The notes under the pieces are model-generated. The model worked only from the letters and a program-made list of their open reading frames with translations. It searched no databases and was not told where the DNA came from. Shown here piece after piece: positions 61,317-63,443 of a stretch of DNA of 63,443 nt (the stretch's first letter is position 1; each line of letters opens with the position of its first letter). Made by a program: the position numbers and the translations under genes. This stretch comes from Candidatus Latescibacterota bacterium (GTDB lineage: Bacteria > Latescibacterota > UBA2968 > GCA-2709665), in the NCBI GenBank assembly GCA_963662665.2, contig CAXXJS010000023.1, forward strand, positions 1-63,443, written 5' to 3'.

Positions 61317-62258
61317 TCACCCCTGCCAATCGGTTGGAAGTTCCAGCGACCAGACTTCGCTGTTCAAAGGCCGGGCATGCCCGCCGGCCAGCCAGATTCT
61401 GTCCTTGAAGACGTACGCCGAGTGCTCGTGGCGATTCGTCCATACCACGTCGGATTTGAGTTCCGTCCAGTTCGCGCCGTCTTTCGAGTACCAGACGTCC
61501 CCGAAGTCGCCGTCCTTACGCGACCATCCACCCAGGACCCACATATGGCCACGATAGACGACCAGGGAAAACCACATGCGCTTCTTCCACGGCGCTTCGG
61601 ACGTTACCCGCGTCCAGTTCGCGCCGTCTTCCGAACACCATACGTCATTGAGCGGGATGGTCTCGGGCTGCCACGCGCCGCCACCCATAATCCAGATCTT
61701 GTTGTGAAACACCACGGCCTGGGCGTGCGTTCGTTTCGACCAGGCGGCATTCTCCACTTCGCATCTCCAATTCCGGCCATCGGCGGTGGACCAGACGTCG
61801 TTTTTGAGCGTCGTGTCGTCGTCCTGGTAGAAATTTTCGGTACCGCCCATGATCCACATCCTGTCCTTGAACACGACGAACGATGGGGATACCCTGGGGC
61901 ACCACCCCGGATCATCCGTTTCCAGGACCCACCCGGCGCCGTCGGGCGACGACCACACCGTGTTCGTATTCTCCGCGCCGGGCAATTTCCGCCCTCCCAT
62001 CAGCCAAATCCTGCCTTTGTACGGCATGGTTGCCGGCAGGTCGCCGTGTTCCCAGGGCGCAACCTCCACGGTTCGTGTCCAGTTCTTCCCGTCGGACGAC
62101 TTCCAGACGTCCCGCGGATTGGGTGTCTGGGGGGTGAACCAGCCTCCAAGAATCCACATATGGCCGTCCCACACCATCTCCCCCTGTGAGTCCCGCGCCT
62201 GCCATGCCGCCTTTTCGGTCACACATACCCAGTCGGGGCCCTTCGCCACGTTGCTCAT
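61317..62258 (-). CDS. Kelch-repeat beta-propeller protein
   Basis: Six W..GG...NDVW.S.DG.NW repeats; GGGAG RBS. Confidence 0.88.
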   Translation of the reverse strand: MSNVAKGPDWVCVTEKAAWQARDSQGEMVWDGHMWILGGWFTPQTPNPRDVWKSSDGKNWTRTVEVAPWEHGDLPATMPYKGRIWLMGGRKLPGAENTNTVWSSPDGAGWVLETDDPGWCPRVSPSFVVFKDRMWIMGGTENFYQDDDTTLKNDVWSTADGRNWRCEVENAAWSKRTHAQAVVFHNKIWIMGGGAWQPETIPLNDVWCSEDGANWTRVTSEAPWKKRMWFSLVVYRGHMWVLGGWSRKDGDFGDVWYSKDGANWTELKSDVVWTNRHEHSAYVFKDRIWLAGGHARPLNSEVWSLELPTDWQG

Positions 62259-62339
62259 ATCGATTTCTCCCTGATAAAGACTTGACGCCGCAACGACTTC
62301 CCATGGAACCGCGAACCGCACCTGGCGGGGCCGGACAAC

Positions 62340-63380
62340 CTACCCCAGCGACCAGCCTGAACTATCGACCGCCGCCGTTCTGTGTCCCTTGTGGCGATCG
62401 TATACGCTGTGCATTTCCTCAATGCTGTCGAAATAGCCCACGATATGGGCCGCGCTGAACCTATCGCCCGCGCTCACCGGCCTGCCATGCATTTCCAGGA
62501 TCATCACGATGATATCACCGGGGCGCTGGCTGCACCAGGCCTCGTAGACCACAGTGGGATCGAGCGTAAGGCCGCCCAGCCAGGGCCCGTTGTCTCCCGT
62601 TTCAGGATCCCGCAGCCGGTACGCGCGGATGAAGTGCCCGGGCGTCCTGTTCAGGTCGCGGCGATACCCGAACTTCCGGTCGGGAGGAAAAGGATCGATG
62701 AATTCGCTGGACGGAATGCGCAGGCCGTTGGGACCGCTCAGATAGCTGAGATAGATCTCACTGAACGTATCGCCCCTCGTGTGGCGGACGCACCCGGGCG
62801 TGTCGTTCCTCAGAAACATTTCGGGCGAATCGTTCGCACTCTCGATCTGATCCATCAATACGAAAAACCGTTCACCTCTGGGAAACACAATCAGCTGTGT
62901 CCATTGCGATCCCGCGTTTCGGCCGGGCGCCGCATACTCGAAACGATACCTGGTCCTCACGGCGATGAAGTCCACACCGTGGATCACGTCAGGCGCTACG
63001 GGCTTCATTCTATGGCAGAGCTGCGGCCCCTCGATCATGCGCTTGCGATGGCTGCTTCCGTGCGCCAGGATGGCGTATTCCCTGCTGTCCGGATCCGACT
63101 CGTTCTCATACCAGCGATATCGCCCCAGGCCGTGCCCGTCGTCGGCAATCGCGCTGCCGCTGTACGATTCGTCGCTGCCGGCCTCCATCAGCCAGTCGAC
63201 CACCATCAGCCCGTCGCCGATTTCGGAGAATCCGGTTCTCTTGTCGACAAACGACCCCTTTTCGATACCTGTCATCCACCGCTTCGGGTCCCGCTTGGGA
63301 ACAGCGGCTTCGAGTTCGGTGGTCTCGATCCGGATCCTGCGGTCGTCTTCAATCACGCTCGCCCATGCAGCATTTTTCAT
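62340..63380 (-). CDS. Hypothetical protein
   Basis: 346-aa ORF with genome-typical codon usage, co-oriented with its neighbours. Confidence 0.75.
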   Translation of the reverse strand: MKNAAWASVIEDDRRIRIETTELEAAVPKRDPKRWMTGIEKGSFVDKRTGFSEIGDGLMVVDWLMEAGSDESYSGSAIADDGHGLGRYRWYENESDPDSREYAILAHGSSHRKRMIEGPQLCHRMKPVAPDVIHGVDFIAVRTRYRFEYAAPGRNAGSQWTQLIVFPRGERFFVLMDQIESANDSPEMFLRNDTPGCVRHTRGDTFSEIYLSYLSGPNGLRIPSSEFIDPFPPDRKFGYRRDLNRTPGHFIRAYRLRDPETGDNGPWLGGLTLDPTVVYEAWCSQRPGDIIVMILEMHGRPVSAGDRFSAAHIVGYFDSIEEMHSVYDRHKGHRTAAVDSSGWSLG

Positions 63381-63443
63381 GGATCCATTCCCATTCGTTT
63401 GACTTCAATTTGCCAATCGACGACAGGCTGTTTAGAGGAAAAA

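Noticed and set aside
686-62189. Many long antisense or alternate-frame ORFs (e.g. 686..1615, 47738..48712, 60245..61408, 51327..51899)
   Set aside because: Shadows of real genes or of the intron in high-GC DNA; no independent motifs

Overview
A high-GC bacterial chromosomal window. Its internalin-like LRR proteins, dockerin/EF-hand domains, autotransporter and many toxin-antitoxin (TA) relics resemble sponge-associated Latescibacterota/Gemmatimonadota-type genomes; this taxonomy is inference only. 1-17 kb encodes surface or secreted proteins (autotransporter, LRR-zinc-protease, LRR lipoprotein) and signalling genes (soluble HK-RR-wHTH fusion, hybrid kinase, sigma54 activator with its own -24/-12 promoter). 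17-45 kb is a mostly minus-strand run of small-molecule-modifying enzymes (methyltransferases, APH, GNAT, NUDIX, AAC(3), HAD, S9 peptidases) mixed with intact and broken TA modules. It also holds an IS1182 that cleanly interrupts a phosphotransferase, and several MITE/REP families. 45-63 kb carries housekeeping genes (sppA, pyrB, glyA, cutA, ROK, csp), a RAYT transposase with its own REP array, and an ORF-less group II intron. The most unusual system is that intron. It sits inside a TTAA-flanked MITE, next to the MITE's terminal repeat, which pairs with the intron's predicted EBS1. A 47-bp mini-MITE of the same family elsewhere carries only the intron's first 19 nt. Also notable are a pyrL-like leader-peptide attenuator upstream of pyrB, a MITE nested in another repeat, an antitoxin N-terminus fused to an SDR, and three genes each broken by a single in-frame stop. 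All family assignments are by motif recognition; no searches were run.
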